The notes beneath the pieces were generated by a model. That model was not told where the DNA came from. It worked only from the letters and a program-made list of their open reading frames with translations, and searched no databases. 64,000 nt of DNA from an uncultured Acidobacteriota bacterium (GTDB taxonomy: Bacteria > Acidobacteriota > Vicinamibacteria > Fen-336): positions 611,650 to 675,649 of the forward strand of contig CAVTBK010000002.1 of NCBI GenBank assembly GCA_963732935.1. The letters are read 5' to 3'. The position numbers were made by a program, and so were the translations under genes. This document shows positions 17,174 through 26,551 of the stretch, one piece after another. The first letter of the stretch is position 1. Each line of letters begins with the position of its first letter.

Positions 17174-18265
17174 TCAGAGGCGATCCGCTGGACTCCGGAC
17201 GCCCCGCCCGCCGCGGTTGAGGACGTGGGTGTAGATCATGGTCGTGCTCACGTCGCTGTGGCCCAGGAGCTCTTGGATCGTCCTGACGTCGTACCCTTCT
17301 TCGAGGACGTGGGTTGCGAACGAGTGGCGAAGCGTGTGCGGTGTTGCCGGCTTGCGGATGCCCGTGCGGCGCACCGCCTCCCCCATGGCCTTTTGGATGA
17401 CGGTCTCGTGGAGGTGGTGACGGCGTTGCACGCCTGTCCGTGGATCGGGATAGAAACTGGAGGCCGGGAAGACGTACTGCCACTTCCACTCGCGGCCAGC
17501 GCGGGGGTACTTGAGGGCAAGTGCCTCCGGAAGCAGGGCCTCGCCTCGCCCGTGCTCGAGGTCGTCCTGGTGAATCCGGCGCACCTCCTCGACGTGCGCT
17601 TGAAGCCCCTTGCGAATCGACTGCGGCAGCGGCGCCACGCGGTCCTTCGCGCCTTTCCCTCGGCGCACCGTTACCTCGTTGCGCTCGAAGTCGATGTCCT
17701 TCACCCGCAGCGAGAGACCTTCGAGGAGACGGATGCCCGTACCGTAGAGCGGCCAGCAGACGAGCCGGGGTACGCCGTCCACGGCTTCGAGAAGGGTCCT
17801 CACCTCGGTCTGGGTGAGCACCACCGGAAGACGCTTCGGGGCTTTCGCGCGCTCGATCCCTTCGATGGGCCCGATATCCTTCTCGAGGACGCGGAAAAGC
17901 AGGAGGAGGGCGCAGAGCGCCTGGTTCCGGGTCGCCGCGCTGACCCTCTCGTCGATAGCCAAGTGGGAGAGGAAGCAGCGGATCTCGTCCGGGCCGATGT
18001 CGTCGACGCTTCGCCGGGCGTAGAAGGTGAGGAAGCGCCGAGCCCAGTAGAGGTAGGCCTTCTCCGTCCGGACGCTGTAGTGGGCTGTCCGGATCCCTCT
18101 TCGAAGGCACTCGAGAGCGGCATGTGGCGCTTCCCCGGCTGGTCGCTGTGGACGAGCTGCTGGCGTTGGGAAGGGGATCGCGAGGCCGGGGGGAGGCGTG
18201 AGGGCCTCGAGCGGCGTGGCGGATCGGAGGGGAAACCGGCGCAGGACTTGGGGGCGGGGCAGCAT
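17174..18265 (-). CDS. intI: integron integrase IntI (363 aa)
   Basis: Tyrosine recombinase with the IntI-specific insertion [38 protein letters not shown]. Box I is TGIRLLE. C-terminus is [25 protein letters not shown]. Confidence 0.92.
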   Translation of the reverse strand: MLPRPQVLRRFPLRSATPLEALTPPPGLAIPFPTPAARPQRPAGEAPHAALECLRRGIRTAHYSVRTEKAYLYWARRFLTFYARRSVDDIGPDEIRCFLSHLAIDERVSAATRNQALCALLLLFRVLEKDIGPIEGIERAKAPKRLPVVLTQTEVRTLLEAVDGVPRLVCWPLYGTGIRLLEGLSLRVKDIDFERNEVTVRRGKGAKDRVAPLPQSIRKGLQAHVEEVRRIHQDDLEHGRGEALLPEALALKYPRAGREWKWQYVFPASSFYPDPRTGVQRRHHLHETVIQKAMGEAVRRTGIRKPATPHTLRHSFATHVLEEGYDVRTIQELLGHSDVSTTMIYTHVLNRGGRGVRSPADRL

Positions 18266-18329
18266 GGCGGAAACTACCTCCCGGGTCGGGCGCCGCAGGT
18301 CCGTTTCCCTCGAGCGTGCCGCGGGCCTT

Positions 18330-19089
18330 GCTCCGCGTGCGTGTGGCGCGGGAAGCAGCGCCCGAGAACCTTGCCGCTCGCCACCTCGAGGGCGGCGAAG
18401 AGGCTCGTCGTACCGTGTCGCTTGTAGTCGTGCGTCATGCGCGCCGGCAAGCCCGGTCTGAGAGGGAGGATCGGCTGCGTTCGGTTCAACGCCTGGATCT
18501 GCGACTTCTCGTCCACGCAGAGCACCAGGGTCTTCTCAGGCGGGTCGAGGTAGAGCCCGACGATGTCCGCGAGCTTCTGCTCGAACGCAGGATCCTTGCT
18601 GAACTTGAAGGTCGTAGTCCGATGCGGCTGCAGGTCATATTTGCGCCAGATCCGGTGGACGGTGGACGGGCTGAGACCAACCTCCCTCGCCAAGCGACGA
18701 CAGCTCCAGTGAGTGGTCGCCTTCGGTGTCGTGAGCGTCTTGGCCACGACCGATTGCTCCTTCGCGTCACTGATGCGCCGCGGGCGGCCGGAGCGCTCCC
18801 GTGTCTTGAGTGCCGCCAGTCCCCCTTCCGAGTAGCGCTGCCGCCACTGGCAGACTGTGGCGGGCGTCACCTCCAACCGGCGTGCCGTGGCTCTCACAGC
18901 CTCACCTTGGCCGGCTGCGAGCACGATCCGCGCCCGCAGCGCCCACTGCTGCGGCATGGTGGGACATCTGAGCCACTGCTCCAGGGTCCGGCGGTGCGTT
19001 CGCGCGATCACGAACGGCGGTGCCGTAAAGGGCATACGGCATCATCTCACAAGTCTCGATCGTGTTCTATTGACTTTAGACACAGCACA
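18330..19089 (-). mobile_element. IS630-family insertion sequence remnant (transposase truncated after the first DDE aspartate)
   Basis: ORF 18274..19035. N-terminal HTH, then ..LVLCVDEKSQIQALNRTQPILPLRPG..DYKRHGTTSLFAAL typical of IS630/DDE_3. Homology ends near RCFPRHTH, so the second D, the E and the distal end are missing. Confidence 0.8.
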
Positions 19090-19254
19090 CTAGGCCTCTT
19101 CCCAGGCGGCGCAGAGGGCCCCGCATGTGTGCGCCTCTGGCGGCCACTCGGTCCACGGCTGCCATCGCCTCCCGACGATGCTCGTCTCGTTGCCGTCGAT
19201 GCGGATGGGCTCGTACTGCTCCTCGTCCTCCTCTTGCGAGACCAGAAACTCCAT
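19090..19254 (-). CDS. conserved small acidic protein, copy B (54 aa; central part out of frame relative to copy A)
   Basis: MEFLVSQEEDEEQYEPIRIDGNETSIVG..TCGALCAAWEEA. Its middle matches copy A only in another frame (EAMAAVDRVAARGAH versus EARNAADRVATESHQ). Confidence 0.45.
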   Translation of the reverse strand: MEFLVSQEEDEEQYEPIRIDGNETSIVGRRWQPWTEWPPEAHTCGALCAAWEEA

Positions 19255-19257
19255 GAC

Positions 19258-20002
19258 CCGTGCGCGCGACGCTCGAGCGGAAGAGCGGCGAGTCACGCTC
19301 GCGGGCGATCCCGGCCGCCTCGACGTAGGCGTCGAGGTAGTCCCCCGCCCGGTGATGGACGGGCACCTGGTGGTACTTCCCGCCCTTCTCGTGCAGACGA
19401 AACCAGGATCTCTTCCCCTGGGTGTAGTAGTCCTTGACGTCCATCTTCACGACGGCACCCACGCGCGCGAAGGAGTAGGTCATCACCGCCAGGAACGCCC
19501 GATCACGGAGGCCGACGACCCCGGAGACGTCGATCGAGTCGAAGAGATCCCGTGTCTCCTCCTCCGAGAGGACCGGCGTCTTCCCCACCTCGACGACGTG
19601 CTTCGGTCCCCGGACGGAAGACGCCGGGTTATGCGGAAGGACACCGCCCGTCACGAGGTAATCGAAGAGCCGCCGGATCGCGGCGAGGTGCTGTTTCACC
19701 GAGGGGGCCGCGAGCTCCTTCTGCAGCTCCTCAATGTAAGCCGCGACGAGCACGGGCTCGATCTTTTCGAGCGGGAGGCCGTGCGTCTCGCACCAGGCCG
19801 TGAAGCGCGCGACGGCGAAGCCGTAGGCCCGGCGCGTCTTCTCATTCCGGATCTGCGCCGTGAAGAACTCGAGAAACCGCCGCGAGGCCCGCTCCCCCGC
19901 CCGCGTCACGAGCGCCGGGAGCGCCACGCCTCGCGGAAGGGTCACGTCCCCTGAGCCGATCCTCACGAGGCCTTCGCCCTCGGCCACCCTCGCCTCCCCC
20001 AT
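19258..20002 (-). pseudogene. tyrosine recombinase, N-terminal ~248 aa only (3' part deleted)
   Basis: ..RRFLEFFTAQIRNEKTRRAYGFAVARFTAWCE..SVKQHLAAIRRLFDYLV..GLRDRAFLAVMTYSFARVGAVV..LHEKGGKYHQVPVHH..PLFRS. The sequence then runs straight into the small ORF start. The catalytic HxxR/Y region is absent. Confidence 0.75.
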
Positions 20003-20312
20003 CGTCCGGACGCCCCAAGACGTCCCGAAATGCCCTACCCCTGCTCCGTCAGCACCGAGCCCATCCTGGCCGACTCCCCTCCCCGGCCCGGTCCACCCCT
20101 CATTCGGGAAACGCCGCGAGCCCGGGGAATGGTCGTTTTGACCCCTTCGACCCCAGGTGCCCCACTCCCGAGGCGTCTACTGGTGACGGTTCCGCGCCCT
20201 GCTGCGTTTGCGGGTTCAAGGACTTGGTGCGGAGGCGGCGGTAGGTGATGGCGGCGGAGCCGAATACGTAGGCGGCGGCCTGCTAGACTCCTCATCCACC
20301 GAGGAGGGATGA

Positions 20313-20663
20313 ATGGCTGGAGGCACGCTCGTGCTCATCACGAAACCCGCGCTGGGCACGGTCGAGGGCGGTGACGCCGAGTTCGGCGTGCAGATGCTGG
20401 ACAAGTTCCTGCACGCGCTCGAAAGCGAGGCCGGCCGGCCGTCGGCGATCTGCTTCTACACGGAGGGCGTGCGCCTGGTCTGCAAGGGTTCCAAGGTGCT
20501 CCTCGGGCTCGAGCTCCTACACGGCCTCGGTGTCCGTCTCCTCGCATGCCAGAGCTGCCTGGAGCACTACGGACTCGTCGACGCGGTCGCCGTTGGCGAG
20601 GTCGGGAACATGAAGCAGATCGTGGGCCTCATGATGGCGGCCGACAGGGTGATCACCGTGTAG
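20313..20663 (+). CDS. DsrE/DsrF-like family protein
   Basis: 116 aa. Family-typical layout with ..ICFYTEGV.. and ..LLACQSCLEHYGL..VGNMKQIVGLMMAADRVITV. GGAGGG lies 6 nt upstream of the ATG. Confidence 0.5.
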   Translation: MAGGTLVLITKPALGTVEGGDAEFGVQMLDKFLHALESEAGRPSAICFYTEGVRLVCKGSKVLLGLELLHGLGVRLLACQSCLEHYGLVDAVAVGEVGNMKQIVGLMMAADRVITV

Positions 20664-20726
20664 GTACGCGGCGGAGGCTGGCGGCGAAGCCAACGAAAAG
20701 CGTGGCACGACCCGTGCGCGCGCGGC

Positions 20727-21296
20727 TCAACCTTCGCAGAGATCCCCCGTCCCCACCACGCGGCAGAATTCCGCCGCCAGCGTCGCGACGTGAACCCGGT
20801 GGATCTCGCCGGCCGGAATGATCCCGCCGCCGAGCGCGTCGGGCAGCTCCATGCAGTCGCAGGCGTCCGCCACCATCACCATCTCCCAACCCATGTTGTC
20901 GCCGGTCCGGATGGTGGTCGACACGCACATGTCGGTCGCCCAGCCGAAGCAGACCACTCGCTTCGCCCCGAGCCGGCGCAGGCGCAGATCGAGGTCGGTG
21001 CCGATGAAGGCGGAACTGACCGACTTCACCACCAGCGCCTCGCCCGCCCGCGGCTCGAAGCCGGGACGCGGCGCGCTGCCGGGGTGATCGGGACGAAACA
21101 GGCTCTCCGCTTCGACCGAGTCGTGTCGCACATGGATGATCGGCAGCCCCTTCTCCCGCCACGACGCGAGGAGACGCAGCCCGTTCTCGTCGAGCGCGGG
21201 ATTGCCTCGGCGCGGTCGGCCCGGCCAATCGATCGCTCGCTGCATGTCGATGGGAAGAAGCACGGCACCGGAAGAATCGAAGGGGAAGCTCGTCAT
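20727..21296 (-). CDS. isochorismatase-family cysteine hydrolase
   Basis: 189 aa. LLPIDMQ.., ..VVKSVSSAFIGTDLDLRLRRLGAKRVVCFGWATDMCVSTTIR (catalytic Cys context). Confidence 0.8.
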   Translation of the reverse strand: MTSFPFDSSGAVLLPIDMQRAIDWPGRPRRGNPALDENGLRLLASWREKGLPIIHVRHDSVEAESLFRPDHPGSAPRPGFEPRAGEALVVKSVSSAFIGTDLDLRLRRLGAKRVVCFGWATDMCVSTTIRTGDNMGWEMVMVADACDCMELPDALGGGIIPAGEIHRVHVATLAAEFCRVVGTGDLCEG

Positions 21297-21312
21297 CTCA
21301 TCCTTTCGCTCA

Positions 21313-22641
21313 CTAGCCTTCCGCCTCCCACAGGTGCCGGCGCGTCTCCTCGACGATGACGCCGTTGAGGGCGAGGAGGGCGATGAGGTTGGGGACGGCC
21401 ATCAGGCCGTTGGCGACGTCGGCGAAGGACCAGACGGCCTTCAAGGTCAGGACCGAGCCTGCCAGGACCGCGGCCACCCAGAGCCAGCGGTAGGGAGCGA
21501 TGGCGCCGGAGCCGAAGAGGTACTCGGCGGCCTTCTCGCCGTAGTAGGACCAGCCCAGGATGGTCGAGAACACGAACGTCAGGAGGCCCGCGACCAGGAC
21601 GAACGGGCCCACGGGTCCGAGGTCGGCGAAGGCGGCGTGGGTCAGGGAGACGCCGGCCAGGCCCTGGTGCCAGGCGCCGGAGTTCACCACCACGATGCCG
21701 GTCATGGCGCAGACGACGACGGTGTCCCAGAAGGTGCCGGTCGCGGAGACGAGGGCCTGGCGCACCGGGTTGCTGGTCTGGGCGGCCGCGGCGACGATGG
21801 GGGCGCTGCCCAGGCCGGACTCGTTGGAGAAGAGGCCCCGGGCGATGCCGTAGCGGACCGCCTCGCGCGCGGTGGCGCCCAGGAAGCCGCCCAGGGCGGC
21901 CTGTCCCGTGAAGGCGCTCGTCACGATCAGCCGGATGGTGCCGGGGATGGCCCCCGCATGGTGGACGAGGAGCGCCAGGCAGCCGAGCACGTAGAGGACC
22001 GCCATCACGGGGACCAGCCATTGGCAGACCCGTGCGATCGAGCGCACGCCGCCCAGGATGACGACGGCGGTGAGCCCGGCCAGCAGCAGGCCCGTCCAGT
22101 AGGGCTCGATCCCGGTCGCGCTCTTCACCAGGTCGGCGATCGAGTTCGCCTGCACCATGCAGCCGATGCCGAAGGCGGCGACGGCGGTCAAGGCCGCGAA
22201 GACGATCCCCAGCCAGCGCGCGCCCAGGCCGCGTTCGAGCGCGTACATCGGGCCGCCCGCCATCTCGCCGCGCCCGGTGGTGATGCGGTATCGCACCGCC
22301 AGCACCGCCTCGGCGTACTTGGTGGCGATGCCGAAGACGCCGGTGAGCCACATCCACAGCACGGCGCCCGGCCCGCCGGCGGCGATCGCGGTCGCGACCC
22401 CCACGATGTTGCCGGTGCCGATGGTGGCGGCGAGGGCGGTGGTGAGAGCGCCGAACTGGCTGATGTCGCCCGCTCCTTCCCGCTTCCGGGAGAGCGAGAG
22501 CCGGATGGCCCGGGGCAGGTAGCGCTGCACGAAGCGCAGCCGGACGGTCAGGAACAGGTGGGTCCCGAAGAGCAGCACCAGCAGGGGCGGCCCCCAGACC
22601 CAGTCGCTGATCGTCGAGAGCAGGCGCTCCAGGGCGGCCAT
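21313..22641 (-). CDS. alanine/glycine:cation symporter (AGCS family)
   Basis: 442 aa from MAALERLLSTISDWVWGPPLL. GDISQFGALTTALAATIGTGNIVGVATAI is the AGCS signature region. The 563-aa ORF was trimmed. Confidence 0.85.
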   Translation of the reverse strand: MAALERLLSTISDWVWGPPLLVLLFGTHLFLTVRLRFVQRYLPRAIRLSLSRKREGAGDISQFGALTTALAATIGTGNIVGVATAIAAGGPGAVLWMWLTGVFGIATKYAEAVLAVRYRITTGRGEMAGGPMYALERGLGARWLGIVFAALTAVAAFGIGCMVQANSIADLVKSATGIEPYWTGLLLAGLTAVVILGGVRSIARVCQWLVPVMAVLYVLGCLALLVHHAGAIPGTIRLIVTSAFTGQAALGGFLGATAREAVRYGIARGLFSNESGLGSAPIVAAAAQTSNPVRQALVSATGTFWDTVVVCAMTGIVVVNSGAWHQGLAGVSLTHAAFADLGPVGPFVLVAGLLTFVFSTILGWSYYGEKAAEYLFGSGAIAPYRWLWVAAVLAGSVLTLKAVWSFADVANGLMAVPNLIALLALNGVIVEETRRHLWEAEG

Positions 22642-22741
22642 GCCGGTCCTCCTTGGTGGACCGGGAAGCGTAGCAGGAGCGAGCGGGAAGGGGGACCCGA
22701 CCTCGCGCGGCGGCGCTCCGAAGCGGTGGTAGTCTCCTGGC

Positions 22742-23812
22742 GTGAGCACGTCGCCGGGCCCCGAGCCCCCGCTCCCTCCGACCCCCAGACGCCGACTGCC
22801 TCCGGCGGAATGGGAGAGCTGGGACGACGAGCGCCTGCTCGCCCTGCGCCTCTCCGACCTGGACCTGCGCATCGAGGACAGCCCGCTCGCGCCGCTGGTC
22901 GTCGGGCTCGACTCCGAGCTGGCGGCGCGGGGCCTCGTCTTCCGTCCCCACTTCTGGCTCTCCGACGAGTTCTTCACCCCGGACGGGATCCCGGGAGGGG
23001 CCATCCCCTTCTACCTGGCCCACCCGCGTCTCGTCCGGCTCGAGCGCGCGCAGATGCTGGAGGCCGAAGGCGAGACGCCGGACTGGTGCCTGCGCATCCT
23101 GCGCCACGAGTGCGGCCACGCGATCGAGAACGCCTACCAGATCCGGCGCCGGCGCAAGCGGCAGGAGCTGTTCGGTAAGACCTCGGAGCCCTATCCCGAC
23201 TCCTACGCCCCCAAGCCCTACAGCCGCAGCTTCGTCATCCACCTGGAGTCCTGGTACGCGCAGAGCCACCCCGACGAGGACTTCGCCGAGACCTTTGCGG
23301 TCTGGCTGACACCCGGCTCGGACTGGCGCGCGCGCTACCAGGACTGGCCAGCGCTCAAGAAGCTCGAGTACGTGGACGCTCTCATGACGGAGCTGGCCGG
23401 GCGGGTGCCGCTGGTCACGCACCGCCACACCGTCGACCCGCTCTCGCGCCTGCGCAAGACCCTGCGCACGCACTACCGGAGAAAGCGCGAGCGCTATGCC
23501 TTCGACCGGGCGGGCGTCTACGACCGCGACCTGCGGCGGCTCTTCTCCGACGCCCCGGAGCATGCCCACGCGCCCACCGCGGTCAGCTTCCTGTCCCGGA
23601 TCCGGCGGGATACGCGGCGGCTGGTTCGGAGCTGGACCAGCGTCCGCCAGTACAGCATCGACCAGGTCTTCGAGGAGATGCTCGAACGCTGCCGCGAGCG
23701 GGGGCTGCGCCTGGCGGTGTCCGAGGACCGGGCCCGGCTCGAGTTCACGGTCCTGCTCACCGTCCAGACCCTCAAGGCCCTCCACGAGGGCAGGCTGCGG
23801 CTGGCCCTGTGA
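22742..23812 (+). CDS. putative zinc metallopeptidase (Peptidase_Mx-like, HExxH)
   Basis: 356 aa with a GTG start. LRHECGHAIENAY..HPDEDFAETFAVWL. Its stop overlaps the next start (GTGA). Confidence 0.6.
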   Translation: MSTSPGPEPPLPPTPRRRLPPAEWESWDDERLLALRLSDLDLRIEDSPLAPLVVGLDSELAARGLVFRPHFWLSDEFFTPDGIPGGAIPFYLAHPRLVRLERAQMLEAEGETPDWCLRILRHECGHAIENAYQIRRRRKRQELFGKTSEPYPDSYAPKPYSRSFVIHLESWYAQSHPDEDFAETFAVWLTPGSDWRARYQDWPALKKLEYVDALMTELAGRVPLVTHRHTVDPLSRLRKTLRTHYRRKRERYAFDRAGVYDRDLRRLFSDAPEHAHAPTAVSFLSRIRRDTRRLVRSWTSVRQYSIDQVFEEMLERCRERGLRLAVSEDRARLEFTVLLTVQTLKALHEGRLRLAL

Positions 23813-24837
23813 GGAAGCTGCGGATACTCGCCCTGATGCACGAGGCGCTCGTCCCCCCGCAGGACGTGAGCGGCCTGGACCTCGGTGAGATGGAGTGGAA
23901 GACCGAGTTCGACGTGGTCGACCATCTGCGTCAGCTCGGACACGAGGTGTTGCCGTTGGGCGTCGCCGGGGAGCTCGCGCCGATCCGCGACGCGATCCGC
24001 GAGTTCCGGCCGGAGATCGCCTTCAACCTGCTGGAGGCCTTCGATGACGTGGTCACCTGGGACCAGAACGTGGTGGCTTACCTGGAGCTGATGAAGCTGC
24101 CCTACACCGGCTGCAACTCGCGCGGGCTGATGCTGGGGCGCGACAAGGCGATCGCCAAGAAGCTGCTCGCCTACCACCGGATCCGGGTGCCGGAGTTCGC
24201 CATCTTCCCGATCGGGCGCAGGGTCCGCCGGCCGCGCCGGCTGGCCTTCCCGCTGATCGTGAAGTCGCTCACCCTCGACGCCTCCATCGGCATCTCGCAG
24301 GCGTCGGTGGTGGACAGCGACGAGCGGCTGGCCGAGCGGGTCCACTTCGTCCACGAGAACCTCGGCACCGACGCCCTGGCCGAGCGCTACATCGAGGGGC
24401 GGGAGCTCTACGCGGGTGTCATGGGCAACCACCGCCTGCTCGCGCTGCCGGTCTGGGAGCTGGACCTGGCCGGCCTCCCCGACGGCTGCCCCCGGATCGC
24501 CACCGAGCGCCTGAAGTCCGTGAGCGCCTATCGCAAGCGGTATGGCATCGCCACCGCGGAGGCGAAGGAACTGCCGCCCGGGATGGTCGAGCGCGTCCAG
24601 AGCGTCTGCAAGCGCGTCTACCGGATCCTCAACCTGAGCGGGTACGCGCGCATCGACCTGCGCCTGGACGCGAAGGGGGACCTCTACGTGCTGGAGGCCA
24701 ACCCGAACCCGGAGCTGGCCCACGGCGAGGACTTCGCGGACTCCGCCGAGAAGGCGGGCATCCCGTACGGTCCACTGCTGCAGCGGATCGTCAACCTGGG
24801 CCTTTCCTGGGGCCGGGCCTCGGCGATCGACGCCTGA
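23809..24837 (+). CDS. D-alanine--D-alanine ligase-family ATP-grasp protein
   Basis: 342 aa. ..GRDKAIAKKLLAYHRIRVP..FPLIVKSL..ERYIEGRELY..YARIDLRLDAKGDLYVLEANPNP. Confidence 0.75.
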   Translation: MRKLRILALMHEALVPPQDVSGLDLGEMEWKTEFDVVDHLRQLGHEVLPLGVAGELAPIRDAIREFRPEIAFNLLEAFDDVVTWDQNVVAYLELMKLPYTGCNSRGLMLGRDKAIAKKLLAYHRIRVPEFAIFPIGRRVRRPRRLAFPLIVKSLTLDASIGISQASVVDSDERLAERVHFVHENLGTDALAERYIEGRELYAGVMGNHRLLALPVWELDLAGLPDGCPRIATERLKSVSAYRKRYGIATAEAKELPPGMVERVQSVCKRVYRILNLSGYARIDLRLDAKGDLYVLEANPNPELAHGEDFADSAEKAGIPYGPLLQRIVNLGLSWGRASAIDA

Positions 24838-24916
24838 GCCTCCGCAGTCTGCGCCGCCCGGGCGGTTTGCCTGACCTTCGATCTCTGCCATCATTCGGAG
24901 GTTCGAGTCACTCGCC

Positions 24917-26551
24917 ATGAAAGACGACGGCCTCTGGTACAAGGACGCCATCTTCTACGAGCTGCACGTCAAGGCCTACAGCGACGCCGACGCCAACGGC
25001 ATGGGCGACTTCGCCGGCCTGACGGCCCGGCTCGGCCATCTGAAGGACCTGGGCGTCACCTGCCTGTGGCTGCTGCCCATGTACCCCTCGCCCTTCCGCG
25101 ACGACGGCTACGACATCTCCGACTACCGCGACATCCACCCGCTCTATGGCAACCTGGCCGACTTCCGCCGGTTCCTGGATGCCGCCCACGAGAACGGCCT
25201 GCGGGTCGTCACGGAGCTGGTGCTGAACCACACCTCGGACCAGCACGCGTGGTTCAAGGAGGCCCGCTCCGCCGCCGACAACCCGCGCCGGGACTACTAC
25301 GTCTGGAGCGAGAGCGACGAGCGCTACTCCGGCGTCCGCATCATCTTCCGCGACACCGAGCTGTCCAACTGGGCCTGGGACCCGGTTTCCAAGGCCTACT
25401 ACTGGCACCGCTTCTTCAGCCACCAGCCCGACCTGAACTTCGACAACCCGGAGGTGCGCGAGGAGGCCTGGAGGGTGATGCGCTTCTGGCTGGAGATGGG
25501 CGTCGACGGCTTCCGGGTTGACGCCGTGCCCTACCTGGTGGAGCGCGAGGGCACCTCCTGCGAGAACCTGCCGGAGACGCACGAGGTGCTGAAGGAGCTG
25601 CGCCAGAGGATGGACGCCGAGTTCCCGGGCCGGATGCTGCTGGCCGAGGCCAACATGTGGCCCGAGGACGTGCGGCCCTACTTCGGGGACGGCGACGAGT
25701 TCCACATGGCCTTCCACTTCCCGCTGATGCCGCGCATGTTCATGGCGCTGCGGCTGGAGGACCGCAAGCCGATCATCGAGATCGTGGAGCGCACGCCGGA
25801 GATCCCCGGAGGGTGCCAGTGGGCCCTCTTCCTGCGCAACCACGACGAGCTGACACTCGAGATGGTCACCGACGCCGAGCGGGACTACATGTACGAGGAG
25901 TACGCACGCGACCCGGTGGCGCGGCTGAACCTGGGGATCCGCCGCCGGCTGGCCCCGCTGCTGGAAGGCGACCGGCGCCGGATCGAGCTCATGAACGCGC
26001 TCCTCTTCTCCCTGCCGGGGAGCCCGGTCCTCTATTACGGCGACGAGATCGGGATGGGCGACAACGTCTACCTGGGCGACCGCAACGGCGTCCGGACACC
26101 CATGCAGTGGAGCGGGGGCTGGAACGCCGGCTTCTCGACCGCCGATCCCGAGCAGCTCTACCAGCCGCTCATCTCGAACCCCGTCTACGGCTACCAGGCG
26201 GTGAACGTCGAGTCGCAAAAGCGCCAGGACAGCTCGCTGCTCAACTGGATGAAGCGGCTGATCCGGGTCCGCCGTTCCAGCCCGGCCTTCAGCCGCGGCT
26301 CGATCGAGTTCCTGCGGCCCGCCAACCACCGGGTGCTCGCCTACGTGCGGAGCCTGGACGGCGAGAAGATCCTGGTCATCAACAACCTCTCCGCCACCGC
26401 CCAGGCGGTCGAGCTGGACCTGCGCTCGCTGGCGGGGGCGATCCCGATCGAGATGTTCGGACGCAGCGTCTTCCCCAGGATCCACGAGACGCCCTACGTG
26501 ATGACCCTGGGACCGTTCGACTTCTTCTGGTTCAGGCTGCGTTGGCTGTGA
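24917..26551 (+). CDS. treS: trehalose synthase (maltose alpha-D-glucosyltransferase), GH13
   Basis: 544 aa. [85 protein letters not shown]. Confidence 0.9.
   Translation: MKDDGLWYKDAIFYELHVKAYSDADANGMGDFAGLTARLGHLKDLGVTCLWLLPMYPSPFRDDGYDISDYRDIHPLYGNLADFRRFLDAAHENGLRVVTELVLNHTSDQHAWFKEARSAADNPRRDYYVWSESDERYSGVRIIFRDTELSNWAWDPVSKAYYWHRFFSHQPDLNFDNPEVREEAWRVMRFWLEMGVDGFRVDAVPYLVEREGTSCENLPETHEVLKELRQRMDAEFPGRMLLAEANMWPEDVRPYFGDGDEFHMAFHFPLMPRMFMALRLEDRKPIIEIVERTPEIPGGCQWALFLRNHDELTLEMVTDAERDYMYEEYARDPVARLNLGIRRRLAPLLEGDRRRIELMNALLFSLPGSPVLYYGDEIGMGDNVYLGDRNGVRTPMQWSGGWNAGFSTADPEQLYQPLISNPVYGYQAVNVESQKRQDSSLLNWMKRLIRVRRSSPAFSRGSIEFLRPANHRVLAYVRSLDGEKILVINNLSATAQAVELDLRSLAGAIPIEMFGRSVFPRIHETPYVMTLGPFDFFWFRLRWL

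Larger units (their letters stand above)
15260..18320 (-). mobile_element. Integron B: full-length intI, attI-like region, at least two cassettes with attC sites
   Basis: intI carrying the integron-specific extra domain, an attI block after its stop, a phd-doc cassette, an attC, a methyltransferase cassette and a second attC, all on the minus strand. Confidence 0.85.
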
